The notes under the pieces: generated by a model
What the model was told of the DNA's origin: nothing
Databases searched by the model: none
What the model saw: only the letters and a program-made list of their open reading frames with translations
Assembly (NCBI GenBank): GCA_905479685.1
Contig: CAJQNJ010000086.1
Location: 3,921 to 67,920, forward strand
DNA from: an uncultured Acidimicrobiales bacterium
GTDB lineage: Bacteria > Actinomycetota > Acidimicrobiia > Acidimicrobiales > SHLQ01
Reading direction: 5' to 3'
Length of the DNA stretch: 64,000 bases
In this document: positions 63,480-64,000 of the stretch, piece by piece
How the letters are laid out: each line of letters opens with the position of its first letter
How positions within the stretch are numbered: position 1 is the stretch's first letter
Position numbers and translations under genes: made by a program

Positions 63480-64000
63480 CTAGCCGGTGGTCGCCCACTC
63501 GATGGCGGCGATCAAGCGCTTGCTGAGCTCGAGTTGTGCGATGGCCCGATCAAGATTCTGGTTCGGCGCATCCGCTCCGTAGAACTTGTCGCCCGAGAGA
63601 TGGTCGGCGAGGAAACGAACGGCGTTCTCGACGGCCATCAATGGTCCCGACAACAACATGGCGGAGCGCTCGCCTGCGGTGAGATCTCCCCCATACCCGG
63701 CGAGAAAGCCACGGTTCACCGATTCGATCTGCGCCATGTACTGGGCTGGTGTGGCGCCATCGAGAGAACGGGTACTCGAGCGAACCATCTCGCCGATGTC
63801 TGAAAGGACGGTGCCGGGCATGGTGGTGTCGAGATCGATGATCGTGCGCCCACCAGTCGGTCCGACGATGCAGTTCGGACCCTTTGCGTCGTTGTGTGCG
63901 TTGCGGACCGGAGCCTCTCGCCATGCCTCATAGCCCGCAGAAAGGCGGAGCCGATCGACGATCGAGAGGAGGTCCTGGATCGTCTCTTCGCACGACAACC
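63480..64000 (-). CDS. phosphotransferase (protein-kinase-like fold) family protein, C-terminal part (gene runs off the window end)
   Basis: The reading frame is open to the window edge. The catalytic loop is NAHNDAKGPN (HxDxxxxN) and the metal-binding motif is IIDLDT. Confidence 0.6.
   Translation of the reverse strand, partial: LSCEETIQDLLSIVDRLRLSAGYEAWREAPVRNAHNDAKGPNCIVGPTGGRTIIDLDTTMPGTVLSDIGEMVRSSTRSLDGATPAQYMAQIESVNRGFLAGYGGDLTAGERSAMLLSGPLMAVENAVRFLADHLSGDKFYGADAPNQNLDRAIAQLELSKRLIAAIEWATTG

Noticed and set aside
1-64000. CRISPR arrays, rRNA genes, transposases, integrases, or toxin-antitoxin or known defence cassettes.
   Set aside because: No repeat-spacer periodicity was seen; the only exact repeats are two-copy elements. 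No ORF showed transposase DDE, tyrosine or serine recombinase, Cas or typical defence-system motifs on visual inspection.

Overview
This is a 64-kb slice of a high-GC, actinobacterial-type chromosome, judged by eye from protein families and gene order; no search was run. It is densely coded and consists mostly of core housekeeping blocks. These are dnaG-rpoD, glyQS, recO-uppS, dinG, phoH-ybeY-CBS/CNNM-era, rsmE-dnaJ-hrcA-lepA, rpsT, and holA-comEC-comEA, plus pyk and tRNA-Asn. Many adjacent genes are joined by 4-nt ATGA/GTGA/TTGA start-stop overlaps, and I used these to correct several over-long ORF-track starts.

Accessory or unusual modules, in coordinate order:
1. A histidine-utilisation regulon (iclR-hutH divergent from hutU-def-hutF-hutI). 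A complete peptide-deformylase homologue is translationally coupled inside the operon, and no hutG-type gene is present.
2. An ECF sigma/anti-sigma pair with a hyper-acidic ectodomain.
3. A membrane HD-GYP phosphodiesterase fused to a pentapeptide-repeat domain.
4. A coupled fadD-patatin-acyltransferase lipid-remodelling operon.
5. A 1.4-kb islet of visibly lower GC, bracketed by 33-bp direct repeats derived from a tRNA 3' end and lying next to tRNA-Asn.
6. A REC-HPt protein, a histidine kinase and an OmpR regulator, divergent from a SipW-type signal-peptidase operon with two small secreted proteins. A tandem 22-bp repeat lies in the shared promoter region.
7. A 7.5-kb Gram-positive-type Tad/Flp pilus locus (cpaB, tadZ-like, tadA, tadB, tadC, flp, three pseudopilins, LysM protein). 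It has a non-canonical prepilin motif and lies about 7 kb from comEC/comEA.

My best candidates for something undescribed are the hut-embedded deformylase (possible non-orthologous HutG replacement), the phosphorelay/SipW secreted-protein module, and the Tad locus with its atypical pilin motif. No CRISPR array, rRNA or intact mobile element was seen. All calls rest on motif recognition by eye, and start codons are often uncertain.
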